Shown here one piece after another: positions 42,247-51,457 of a DNA stretch of 64,000 nt. A program made the translations under genes and the position numbers. The DNA comes from Minisyncoccia bacterium. Its GTDB lineage: Bacteria > Patescibacteriota > Minisyncoccia > Phycocordibacterales > UBA918. Under the pieces are notes generated by a model. The model did no database searches. It saw only the letters and a program-made list of their open reading frames with translations, and was not told the origin of the DNA. Each line of letters opens with the position of its first letter. Position 1 is the first letter of the stretch. The stretch covers positions 742 to 64,741 of the forward strand of contig CAXRCZ010000001.1 of assembly GCA_964229335.1 (NCBI GenBank), given 5' to 3'.

Positions 42247-44652
42247 TTATTTATTATCAGAATTACTGTCAGAAGAATCTTTTTTTGAAGAATCGTCACT
42301 GTCATCAGAATCAGAATTATCCTTCATTGCTTTAGATAGTTTGTCCAAAGCTTGTTTGTCACCAGCTTTTTTATCTGTTTTTAAGAGCGCTTTACCGCTA
42401 CCGTATTTCTTTTTAAAGTCAGCTACATCACGCTGCCGCTCACCCACTCTAGCAGCCAGTTTAGAAGCTGCGACTCCACCCGCGATAGCACCGACTGCTG
42501 GCCCAGCCACAATCGTTCCAGCCGCAATAGCGGCTGTTGAACCAGCCAAGGCAGCTCCTCGTCGCCAATTAACACCCTTTTCTAGAGATTCCATATACGC
42601 AATTTGCTTTTCGTATTTGATGCGAGCGTTTGCTTCTTTCGCAAGGTTTACATAATTGCCTTTATCGTCTTGCCTCAGTGACGTATTAATGTCTTCTAGC
42701 TCTTTATCAAGCACCCTAACATTTTTCTCCAGATCCTTATCGATAGACTCAATTGATTTTTCAAGATTTTCACGCTTATTGCGAAGCGCTTTAAGGGTAT
42801 CGTAATCATTATTCTTCGCCGCCTCTTTCTCAGCTGTTATGGTTTTTCCAAGTTCTTTAGACAGACCGTCACGTTCTCGCGCTACTCCTAGACTTTCCCT
42901 GAGTCTATTTTCTTCCGCCACCAGTATTTTTTGTTGCTCAATCGCTTTCTTTTGTTTTTCTTCTATAGATGTTTTCTGTTCATTGCTCAAATTACTGTCT
43001 CGCAGTTGATTACCGTAAGATTTAATTTGGGCATCATTTGTGCGTAGTTGATTTTGCTTAGCAGTAAGCTCGCTTTTTATTGCGTCCTCACCTTCCTTTA
43101 CAGTTGCATTGACCGCTATAACTTGTTCTTTTTCTTGTTCTTTTGCAGCTTTCTCTTTTTGACGCACTGCGAGCAACTGAGTCGTTTCATCTTCTACCCG
43201 AACGCGGTTTTCTGGAGTGTTAGTATCTGTTGTCCCAATATCTTTCTCGAGCTTATCTCGCTTCTTCTGGCGATCTTTTTCAGCCTTTGAGTACCCGCCT
43301 TTTTTGCCAGTTCCGATACCAGCGGATTTACCAAGACCACCAACTTGCCTCGCATCAAAGCTTTTGCCAGCAACACTTTGTGAACCTCTCAGCATAGCCC
43401 TCCCAAATGCACTACGTGATGCCCTCTCCTTAGCCTTGTCGCTATTGCTATAGGCATACGCAGCTCTTCCTACAGTATTACGTCCTACCATCCCAGCTGT
43501 TCCAAAACTCATTGTGCCAGCCCCTTTCTTAAGACTTCGACCAGCCCACTGTGAAGTCTTTTTACCCATACTCACTGCATGTCCAGCGCCATCTGCCCCT
43601 AGCTTATTGGCTGCTACCAAAGAAGCAATCATAAACACACAAGCTACGATAAAGAACGGCACGAGGGTGGCATCGGTAGCTCCAGAAGCATTCGCTACAT
43701 CGGAACCATAATTCGCCGAAATGGACGTGGTTTGCTTACCCGCATCTCCCCCTTTTAATAAGCTGCTCTGCCGCATAGTGTCGAGTATTCGAAGAGAAAA
43801 ATAAAGAAACAAGAAATAGATAGGAGCAAAAAAAGCGCGTGACAGAAACATTTTCCAGTATTTTGAAACCGTATCTCCTAGTGGCGGAAGTATCCAACCA
43901 ATAAACATCAATGGCGAAATAATCATGAATAAGCAAAGCACCACAAATCGAATCATTAGAAGCAGTCCTCCTGCTGCAAACACAAAAGCGGCCACTAAGA
44001 ACATCACGCCGTTTGCCACAATATAAGCAATAGAATAGGGTTGACCATCATTGGATTGGTTTTGACCACTTTGCCAGTCCCAAGCCTTGCTAATTCCCAG
44101 CCGATTCATTATGTCACCTGCCATATTGACTTGGTACGGAGCAATAGTATCGCTACCGGGTGAGACTGAATCGTCCTTTAAGAAACCGTTCACCGCAATT
44201 TCAGTAGCTAATTGATTTGAGACATCGACTGCAAATTTGGTGATGAAGAGGCTAAAGTTGACCAGTAGTGCTGCCAGAATTAGGTTGACTAACCAACGGC
44301 GAGTATTGGAGTCATCACTATTCAGGATCATCTTAAAGCCGATGTAGACGAGACCGAAGATGAAAAACAAATTCATAAAGTCCCGGATGGTGTACCACAC
44401 ACTATTAACTGCGACTCCAACAGTGCCGTTAAAGAGGTTTCCAAAACCAATGACAAAGTAATTGATGCCTGTGTCGAGAATGAGACCTCCGAGCCACAAG
44501 GCAATACCGGTAATTGAGACAACTAAAGTGAAAAGAGCATTGGAGAGAAAGGTGGTGAGATCGCTGTTCGCGTAAGCAAAATATGGAACCAACCACAGCA
44601 AAAGCGCCGCCGTACCGAGAAGATAGTACTTGTGCTGGCGCAGTGTCTTCAT
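42247..44652 (-). CDS. VirB6/TrbL-like polytopic membrane protein with a long charged coiled-coil C-terminal extension
   Basis: 801 aa. The first roughly 360 aa contain a signal-like segment plus multiple TM helices. A Lys/Glu-rich heptad-like region follows, then a Gly/Ala-rich hydrophobic segment and a Ser/Asp tail. Confidence 0.6.
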   Translation of the reverse strand: MKTLRQHKYYLLGTAALLLWLVPYFAYANSDLTTFLSNALFTLVVSITGIALWLGGLILDTGINYFVIGFGNLFNGTVGVAVNSVWYTIRDFMNLFFIFGLVYIGFKMILNSDDSNTRRWLVNLILAALLVNFSLFITKFAVDVSNQLATEIAVNGFLKDDSVSPGSDTIAPYQVNMAGDIMNRLGISKAWDWQSGQNQSNDGQPYSIAYIVANGVMFLVAAFVFAAGGLLLMIRFVVLCLFMIISPLMFIGWILPPLGDTVSKYWKMFLSRAFFAPIYFLFLYFSLRILDTMRQSSLLKGGDAGKQTTSISANYGSDVANASGATDATLVPFFIVACVFMIASLVAANKLGADGAGHAVSMGKKTSQWAGRSLKKGAGTMSFGTAGMVGRNTVGRAAYAYSNSDKAKERASRSAFGRAMLRGSQSVAGKSFDARQVGGLGKSAGIGTGKKGGYSKAEKDRQKKRDKLEKDIGTTDTNTPENRVRVEDETTQLLAVRQKEKAAKEQEKEQVIAVNATVKEGEDAIKSELTAKQNQLRTNDAQIKSYGNQLRDSNLSNEQKTSIEEKQKKAIEQQKILVAEENRLRESLGVARERDGLSKELGKTITAEKEAAKNNDYDTLKALRNKRENLEKSIESIDKDLEKNVRVLDKELEDINTSLRQDDKGNYVNLAKEANARIKYEKQIAYMESLEKGVNWRRGAALAGSTAAIAAGTIVAGPAVGAIAGGVAASKLAARVGERQRDVADFKKKYGSGKALLKTDKKAGDKQALDKLSKAMKDNSDSDDSDDSSKKDSSDSNSDNK

Positions 44653-44657
44653 AATGT

Positions 44658-46049
44658 TTATAGGGTGGAGAGAATATTATCCCACTCACTCTCAAGCGCT
44701 CTTATTACCCCTTCTGAGTACAGGCCACTCAGTTCTTGTGCTTCTGCGAGGATTGCTGCCTGCTCTATTACTGCATCATATCGCTCCTCGTCACTCTCAG
44801 CGTTTTCAAATGCTGCTTCTCGCTCGTTATACAAAGTTAATAATCTTTGCAGCTCAGGAATAGTACGCAGTGTGTTATCGAGTATCTCATCTGCTCGGCT
44901 TACCGCTGTAACAGCACGTGATCGTTCGTCCGGAGTCGCCTCAGGATTATTGGATGCTTCAACGAGAGGGTCGCGATAGTTGCGAGCCAATAAACGAGCT
45001 TCAGTTTGTGTATCCAGCAAATCAGAAATCGTCGTTGATCTTCCGGTGCTGTTATTGAGCTGTTCACGACTTTCTTGGCGTAGAGCATCTGTATATGAAG
45101 TGCCCCCGCTCGCATATCCTGTATTAGCAGACAACCCCAGCAGTCCGGTTGCTCCCGTTAAGGCTTGATTGGCAATCTGTCCAATCAGGGCTCCAATAAT
45201 CTCATTGATTTCATCAGCAGCAATGAGTTGGTCTCGTCCAACGCCAAGTGTTTCATTGATTTGGTCTGCGATAACATTGCCAGGAGTAGAAATGACACAT
45301 TGTTCTTTTGGCCCACTAGGTCCCTCGATAGTTTCACAGATTTTACTAGAGAGAAAGCCGCTTCCCCAGCTTAATTTTTCTTCTTCGAGACCAATTATCT
45401 CTGCAAGCCGACGATCAAGCTGAACTTGAGCCTGAGAATATTGACCGTACGGCAAGTACTCATCTGGACGAGAAGTAATCACTAGCCAATCATCCCAATT
45501 GTCGCCAGTAAAGGTGCCCTCAAGGATTCCGGATATGTTCTCGGTAACTTCAGAAAGTCGACAACCGTCATATGGTCGATCTTCACGCGCTCTTTGGTAG
45601 TAAGAGGTCAAGGCTATTTGGATGTCGAGTCTGAAATCAGAACACAAGTAAGAGCCAATTTCGCCCAAGCTGGCAATGTACTCACCAGCTGCTTCATCAG
45701 CTGCATTAAGTAGGAATCGGTCTAAGTCTTGTACAAAAGCCGGACTACCTTGGAAGCCGGAGTTAATCCAGTCCACCAAACTCGAGGTCATATTAGAAAT
45801 GATTGATTTACCTAAAGCAAACGCAATCGCATCAAGAGTGAGTTCTTTTCCGGTTTGAGCGCCTGTAGTGCCAATAATTGTTGTGAGAGCGGCTACTGCT
45901 GCGACATCAATAACTGGAAATTGTGCTTCCGCTTCTGGCACATTGCTGGTTGGTAGTTGTGGTACATATACTATTACGAATGCGAACATTACAAAAACTA
46001 GTCCAGTCAGGGTTTTCTTTAGGTAATTGAAGAAACAGTCCATACTCAA
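44658..46049 (-). CDS. membrane-anchored extracytoplasmic protein; T4SS-like operon member
   Basis: 463 aa with an N-terminal TM segment (LVFVMFAFVIVYV). Function is unknown. It overlaps the upstream gene by 4 nt. Confidence 0.5.
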   Translation of the reverse strand: MSMDCFFNYLKKTLTGLVFVMFAFVIVYVPQLPTSNVPEAEAQFPVIDVAAVAALTTIIGTTGAQTGKELTLDAIAFALGKSIISNMTSSLVDWINSGFQGSPAFVQDLDRFLLNAADEAAGEYIASLGEIGSYLCSDFRLDIQIALTSYYQRAREDRPYDGCRLSEVTENISGILEGTFTGDNWDDWLVITSRPDEYLPYGQYSQAQVQLDRRLAEIIGLEEEKLSWGSGFLSSKICETIEGPSGPKEQCVISTPGNVIADQINETLGVGRDQLIAADEINEIIGALIGQIANQALTGATGLLGLSANTGYASGGTSYTDALRQESREQLNNSTGRSTTISDLLDTQTEARLLARNYRDPLVEASNNPEATPDERSRAVTAVSRADEILDNTLRTIPELQRLLTLYNEREAAFENAESDEERYDAVIEQAAILAEAQELSGLYSEGVIRALESEWDNILSTL

Positions 46050-46930
46050 AGTTGATTATTCGGGTTGAAGACACCAAATATGGTGGCGGTGTCATTTTTG
46101 GTAAACAGGTTGCTGTACGGCTCAATGCTGTAGTACATATTTTCTAGCGCATAGCGTAGTCCTAACGCGTCCTCTTGATAACGACGGATGCGCAGAATAG
46201 CTACGGTTGGATCCGTAGAACTCTCAGTCATCGCCTCGATATCGACAGCTAGTGAATTGTATGTATTAATAAGATCGAGGTGCTGCTTTACAAATATTCT
46301 TGGTACAGGTATTTCCAGACTTTCATCGCGCATGCCACTGTATGCTGCTGCAATATCTTCCAAATCACTCACCCGCTCTGCTTGTTGGAGACGAACCACG
46401 TCATAAAGAATTGAAATTTCGTCATCGCTATCGGCGACGTTGTTTCGTACCATTATCCCTGCCATTGCATTGGCGTAGTTGCGGATGTCATCATCAGTCC
46501 AATTATCGAGTATAGAAATATTGGGTATATCGTAGAGCTTAACAGCGGTCTGCTCTGCTAAAAGATTAGCGGTATCTTCGATCACTTCCGCATCAGTCCG
46601 TCCAAATGGCTGGCTGTTGCGGGCACTGATGATATTTTGGAAAAAATTAACTCCTAGTTGTCCGGTCAATGTTTCAGGAGGTTCGTAGGAAGCGCCTGGA
46701 GTACTTACTGCGATGGGTTCCGCTACCACATAGCTATCACGCCAATCCTCAATCCCGTTATTGTCAGTATCGGTAACATTTATTGCTGTTCGAACTGGTG
46801 CTTGTGTAACCAGTGATGCTGTCTGGGTCGGCGGTGGAGTATTAAGGCTTCCAACAGTGTACGCCAATCCCACCAACGCCAGTCCAACTATAAAAGCGCC
46901 AACAATTCGCTTATTTGAATTGCGTATCAT
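46046..46930 (-). CDS. membrane-anchored protein, first gene of the T4SS-like operon
   Basis: 294 aa with an N-terminal TM segment (IVGAFIVGLALVGLAY). Function is unknown. A VirB8-type role is only a positional guess. Confidence 0.5.
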   Translation of the reverse strand: MIRNSNKRIVGAFIVGLALVGLAYTVGSLNTPPPTQTASLVTQAPVRTAINVTDTDNNGIEDWRDSYVVAEPIAVSTPGASYEPPETLTGQLGVNFFQNIISARNSQPFGRTDAEVIEDTANLLAEQTAVKLYDIPNISILDNWTDDDIRNYANAMAGIMVRNNVADSDDEISILYDVVRLQQAERVSDLEDIAAAYSGMRDESLEIPVPRIFVKQHLDLINTYNSLAVDIEAMTESSTDPTVAILRIRRYQEDALGLRYALENMYYSIEPYSNLFTKNDTATIFGVFNPNNQL

Positions 46931-47026
46931 ACATATGTAAGTATAGCAGCGGCTGGTTGGGATATCTCACAACTGTTCACAGCAAAATAATTGTGGATTA
47001 TATCTGTACAAACTGTGAATACAGTA

Positions 47027-47842
47027 CTATTTGTGTGGATAGGTTGGGGACAGAAAATGACTTGCTAAACAACCCCAAGTATCAAGATTGAGATCTTCAG
47101 CTCTAACTTTATCCCCTACCGCACAGGCCGCGAAGGCTGCCTCGATTAGAGATGCGGGATACTGTTGCCGCAAATTACGCTGTAATTGTTTGCGCTTTTG
47201 ACCAAAAGCGAGATGGAGCAGTGCAAAAAAATCACTGGATGAGTAGGACAGCAAGCGTGTTTTGGAAATATCACTCACCTTTAAAATTGCCGAATCTACC
47301 TTAGGGGGCGGGTTAAAATGCCCGCGCTTAACCGTGGTTACATAGGTTGGAGTGCCAAATACTTTGACTGACAGAGAAAGTAACGACTCTTTTTCTGCTC
47401 GAGCAATGCGGTGAACAAGCTCTTTTTGCATCAAAAAAACTAATTTACTCGGCTGAATCTCATTATCGAGCAGTGTCCGCAAGAGAAGGCCTGATAGGTA
47501 GTAAGGAATATTGGCAACGACTTTAAATGCTTGATTCTCAAGCCCTAACGCTGCCACATCAAGCCGGCGGGCATCTTGGGAATGAAGAATTAGTGACTCG
47601 TGGGCAATTTCATCAGTAAAAGTTTCTTCTAGGGCAGTAATGGCACGTTCGTCAGCCTCAACTGCGATTACTTTTGCTCCTTGCGAAAGGAGCTCTTTAG
47701 TCAATTGTCCAGTACCAGGTCCAATCTCGAGCACAAGTTCGCCTGGCTTTATATCAGCGGCAGCACATAGTTTTTTGGGAATGACGTCACTAGTGAGAAA
47801 GTTCTGCCCCAGAGATTTTTTTGGTGTAAATGGCATTGGCAT
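47027..47842 (-). CDS. rsmA: 16S rRNA (adenine1518/1519-N6)-dimethyltransferase RsmA/KsgA
   Basis: KKSLGQNFL, VLEIGPGTGQLT and VANIPYYLS are canonical KsgA motifs. Confidence 0.9.
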   Translation of the reverse strand: MPMPFTPKKSLGQNFLTSDVIPKKLCAAADIKPGELVLEIGPGTGQLTKELLSQGAKVIAVEADERAITALEETFTDEIAHESLILHSQDARRLDVAALGLENQAFKVVANIPYYLSGLLLRTLLDNEIQPSKLVFLMQKELVHRIARAEKESLLSLSVKVFGTPTYVTTVKRGHFNPPPKVDSAILKVSDISKTRLLSYSSSDFFALLHLAFGQKRKQLQRNLRQQYPASLIEAAFAACAVGDKVRAEDLNLDTWGCLASHFLSPTYPHK

Positions 47843-47900
47843 ACCTCTAGACTAGATAATCATCTATAAAATAGCAACTGCAGCCATTGCTATTGGTCCT

Positions 47901-47984
47901 GCCGCGCCTATTTCTCACACGCTCTGATGTTCTCGATGCTTCAATAGGCATAGAGTCCTCGCGGATGTTCAAAATAGGCGCGGC
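47901..47984. repeat. G+C-rich stem-closed intergenic element (copy C, related to copies A and B)
   Basis: GCCGCGCCTATTT (47901-47913) pairs perfectly with AAATAGGCGCGGC (47972-47984) around 58 nt. CGCCTATTTCTC resembles CGCCTATTTTCTC of copy B (10673-10685). Confidence 0.4.
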
Positions 47985-48006
47985 CGACGCCCTGTACTTG
48001 GTATCG

Positions 48007-49971
48007 CTAATCTAAATAAATAGTTGTCTCATACCCAGAACTATTGTCAGCTGGTGTATCGACATCGACGTGCTCGGGTTTGATGTCATTTAAGAAAGAT
48101 GAGGGCAGATTCACTCGCTGGCTACCAAAAATAGTACGCAGGTGGGCGTAGGACAACCAGATTCTTTTCTGGGCACGAGTTAAGGCCACATAGAACAAGC
48201 GGCGCTCTTCTTCCTGATCAGTTTTCGACTCATCCAGTCGCTCATGTGGAAACAACCCTTCTTCTAAGCCAGTGATAAACACGTACGCAAACTCCAACCC
48301 TTTGGCTGCGTGAATTGTCATCAAGCGAACGGCGTTTTGTTCCTCTTTGTTTTTGATTTCATCTTGATCACTCTGTAAGGCAGCAGTTTCAAGCAGTTGC
48401 TCCACTGCGAGTGCTGGCTCTATGTCTCCATATCGAGTAGCCAAGGTTACTAATTCCCGCAAGTTTTCCAGTCGCTCAAGTGACTCATCAGTCTTCTCTT
48501 CTTTATAAGCTGCCTCAATACCACTCCGACGCATGATGAATTTGATGGTCTCAGCCAAGGGCTTGCTAGTAGCTGTCGCTGCGATGTCGGTCATTATTTC
48601 GTCAAACACCGCCACCTTTTTGGCAGCTCCAGCATTGAGGTCGGCTCTGTTGCCTTCTATCACTTTGAGCATAGTGACTTTTCCAATACCGCGTGTCGGG
48701 GTATTAATGATGCGAGCCAAATCAGCCGTACTACCTGGATTGAGTGCTAGACGCAGGTACGACAACACGTCTTTGACTTCTTTTCGTTCGAAGAATTTCG
48801 TGCCCAGTAGTTGATACGGCACTTCTTGAGAGAGAAAGGCTTCTTCCAAAGCTCTTGATTGGAAGTTTGTTCGATACAGTACCGCAATCTCGGTTGGTTC
48901 TACTCCTTCAGCGATTAAGGTCTTGGCGGTTTCGGCTACGTAATTTGCCTCATCGCCTCCAGTCATTGCTGGGTAGAGGGTGATTTTTTCACCGGGTTGG
49001 TTTTGGGTAAAAACAGTTTTTTCAACTCGGTTTTGGTTTTTAGTAATGATGTCGTTTGAAACCGCGATAATAGTCTGGGTCGAACGATAGTTTTCTTCTA
49101 ACAAAATTGTTTTAGCATTGGGAAAATGCCGCTCAAAGTGCAGTACATTTTTTATATCAGCGCCACGCCAAGAGTAGATATTCTGGTCGATGTCCCCTAC
49201 CGCACATATATTGGTAGCCTCTCCGACTAGTAGCTCAGCAATTTTAAACTGCACTCGGTTGGTGTCTTGGTACTCATCTATATGTAAATAGCGATATCTC
49301 TTTTGCAATGTCTCTCGCACAGTCTGATTGTTTTCCAGCAGTCGCAGTGTCTTCGCTAAGAGGTCATCAAAGTCCAGCGCTTGCTCGGTGTCCATAATGG
49401 TTTCGTACTTTGACCATACTTCGGCTACTACTTGTTCAAAATAACTTTGAGCGTTGTCTTGATACTCGACTTGGGTGATTGCGTCACCCTTCGCTCGTGA
49501 TATCTGTCCTAATATCTTGCGCGGTTCAAATTCTTTTGGGTTGTAGTCGGCTTTTTCCAAAGCTCGCTTGATAGCCTTGGTGCTATCAGAACGATCGTGA
49601 ATAACAAAGTTGCGTAGTAGACCCGCTGATTCGTGAAATTCTCTGAGCAATCGGACTCCTAGGGAGTGAAACGTGGTGATGACGGGCTGGCTATCGATGG
49701 CTGCTCGTGCACTGGGCGGATACTGTTGGAGTAACTGGTTGGCACGCTCTCGCATTTCAGCCGCTGCCTTATTGGTAAAAGTAACTGCCAATATATTGTG
49801 CGGGGCTACGCCCTGGTGAACGAGGTGAACAATTCGGTGGGTGATTACTCGCGTTTTACCAGAACCAGCTCCAGCCAAAACTAGTACCGGGCCTTCGGTA
49901 GTCACCACTGCTTCTTTCTGTGCGTTATTAAGTGAGCTGAGGTAGTCCGGAGTCGTTGTCATGGCTGACAC
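48007..49971 (-). CDS. pcrA: ATP-dependent DNA helicase PcrA/UvrD (SF1)
   Basis: LVLAGAGSGKTRVI, TFTNKAAAEM, YLHIDEYQDTN, VGDIDQNIYSWRGA and the C-terminal VALTRA motif are all present. Confidence 0.9.
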   Translation of the reverse strand: MSAMTTTPDYLSSLNNAQKEAVVTTEGPVLVLAGAGSGKTRVITHRIVHLVHQGVAPHNILAVTFTNKAAAEMRERANQLLQQYPPSARAAIDSQPVITTFHSLGVRLLREFHESAGLLRNFVIHDRSDSTKAIKRALEKADYNPKEFEPRKILGQISRAKGDAITQVEYQDNAQSYFEQVVAEVWSKYETIMDTEQALDFDDLLAKTLRLLENNQTVRETLQKRYRYLHIDEYQDTNRVQFKIAELLVGEATNICAVGDIDQNIYSWRGADIKNVLHFERHFPNAKTILLEENYRSTQTIIAVSNDIITKNQNRVEKTVFTQNQPGEKITLYPAMTGGDEANYVAETAKTLIAEGVEPTEIAVLYRTNFQSRALEEAFLSQEVPYQLLGTKFFERKEVKDVLSYLRLALNPGSTADLARIINTPTRGIGKVTMLKVIEGNRADLNAGAAKKVAVFDEIMTDIAATATSKPLAETIKFIMRRSGIEAAYKEEKTDESLERLENLRELVTLATRYGDIEPALAVEQLLETAALQSDQDEIKNKEEQNAVRLMTIHAAKGLEFAYVFITGLEEGLFPHERLDESKTDQEEERRLFYVALTRAQKRIWLSYAHLRTIFGSQRVNLPSSFLNDIKPEHVDVDTPADNSSGYETTIYLD

Positions 49972-50249
49972 TATAACACGAGTGCAAAAACCAGGCGGAA
50001 AATATTACAGAAATTTTTTAATCCAATGTCAATAGCTGAAATACGTTTATATACAAGCCCAAATCAAGGCTTATTGTACCGTACAAAATATGTGAACTAC
50101 GTCAATTGCTGACTGAAAACACTTTAGTAAAATAGCTCGCATGCCTTAATGAGAGGCACGACGAGCCTCGGCTCATTTCCTCAAGCACGGAAGTACAGAC
50201 AGAACAGCGGTGAGACCTTAATGTGTAACCTATAAGACCTGAAATAAAT

Positions 50250-51296
50250 TTGTCTAATCATTCAACTGATAAGACATCCATATCTAAAAACGCCGGTATC
50301 GTTTCTATCGTCGGAGTAGTCGTATTTGCGATTGTTATCGTTATTCCCCTCTCGGTTCGAGCTGGTTTTCTAGAAGACTTCTTTACTGCTTCTAGTACTA
50401 GCTCCACTACTATTCCAGACGCTGTGCTAGAAGGACCGGCTGATCTAGCGCTTTTAAGTGCTGAACAAAACCCAAACCCTATCGGCGGACAAGGTGGTGC
50501 TGATTTACTGGTTGATGAAAATGCGCTAGTAGCAACTGGTCCAGTCGGCGAAGATGTTTTGGCTTCACAAGCTAGTCAATCAAGTGGCGAAATTCACGTA
50601 TACACCGTGCGTGAAGGCGACTCAATGTCTGAGGTGGCCGAAATGTTTGATGTCACTATTAATACTATTCTCTGGGCCAACGACCTTAGCAAAGCCACTG
50701 ATATTCAACCGGGAGACAGTCTCGTAATCCTACCAATTGCTGGAGTACGCCACGTAGTAAAAGAAGGCGACACCATTGAATCAATTGCTAAAAAATATGA
50801 CGGAAATTCTGAAGAGATTTTGGCCTACAACCAACTATCAGCTGACGCCGCAGTAGAAGCTGGAAGCACACTGATTATTCCTGGCGGCGCCATCACTACT
50901 GTTAGTGCAACCGTGAAGAAATCAAGTTCGGGCGGTAGCGTTGCAGCCAGTACCAACGGCTTTTCTCACCCAGCGCCCGGTGCTATGCGCACGCAGGGTA
51001 TCCATGGCTACAATGCCGTCGACCTCGCAGCTGGTGCCGGTACAGCCATTAGAGCCGCCGCCGCAGGAGAAGTTATCATCGCCAAAGCGTCTGGCTGGAA
51101 TGGTGGTTACGGAAACTACATCGTTATTCGTCATGCCAATGGAGTGCAGACACTTTACGCTCACCTCTCTAGCTTGTATGTGGGAGTCGGTGCTTCAGTT
51201 GCTCAGGGAGCCAATATCGGAACTATGGGCAACACCGGACGATCGACTGGGACGCACTTACACTTTGAAGTACGCGGAGGGTATAACCCTTTCTAA
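50250..51296 (+). CDS. secreted LysM-domain M23 metallopeptidase
   Basis: TTG start and an N-terminal TM/signal segment. Two LysM repeats are present (YTVREGDSMSEVAEMF and HVVKEGDTIESIAKKY). The M23 motifs are HGYNAVDLAA and GNTGRSTGTHLHFEV. Confidence 0.85.
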   Translation: MSNHSTDKTSISKNAGIVSIVGVVVFAIVIVIPLSVRAGFLEDFFTASSTSSTTIPDAVLEGPADLALLSAEQNPNPIGGQGGADLLVDENALVATGPVGEDVLASQASQSSGEIHVYTVREGDSMSEVAEMFDVTINTILWANDLSKATDIQPGDSLVILPIAGVRHVVKEGDTIESIAKKYDGNSEEILAYNQLSADAAVEAGSTLIIPGGAITTVSATVKKSSSGGSVAASTNGFSHPAPGAMRTQGIHGYNAVDLAAGAGTAIRAAAAGEVIIAKASGWNGGYGNYIVIRHANGVQTLYAHLSSLYVGVGASVAQGANIGTMGNTGRSTGTHLHFEVRGGYNPF

Positions 51297-51308
51297 TACA
51301 GCATAAAG

Positions 51309-51339
51309 AAAAAGGCCGGCACAAAGTGCCGGCCTTTTT
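51309..51339. terminator. bidirectional intrinsic terminator
   Basis: AAAAAGGCCGGCAC-AAA-GTGCCGGCCTTTTT. Confidence 0.75.
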
Positions 51340-51390
51340 ATTTTCAAAACAATAACTAAGACCGAAACCTCTCTCCTTGCTATACAAGTA

Positions 51391-51424
51391 GGTACGTACT
51401 TTGGTACGTACCTAAGTACGTACC
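51391..51424. repeat. three closely spaced copies of the palindrome GTACGTAC
   Basis: GGTACGTAC-TTT-GGTACGTACC-TAA-GTACGTACC followed by AAAAAA. It lies between convergent genes. Confidence 0.7.
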
Positions 51425-51457
51425 AAAAAATACATCAATATTGTTAACTCATGGCTT

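Noticed and set aside
46931-47045. A cluster of DnaA-box-like 9-mers (TGTGGATTA, TGTGAATAC, TGTGGATAG) upstream of the T4SS-like operon, considered as a second origin or DnaA-regulated promoter.
   Set aside because: There are only three imperfect boxes, and one lies inside the rsmA coding sequence. There is no adjacent AT-rich unwinding element. This is too weak to call.
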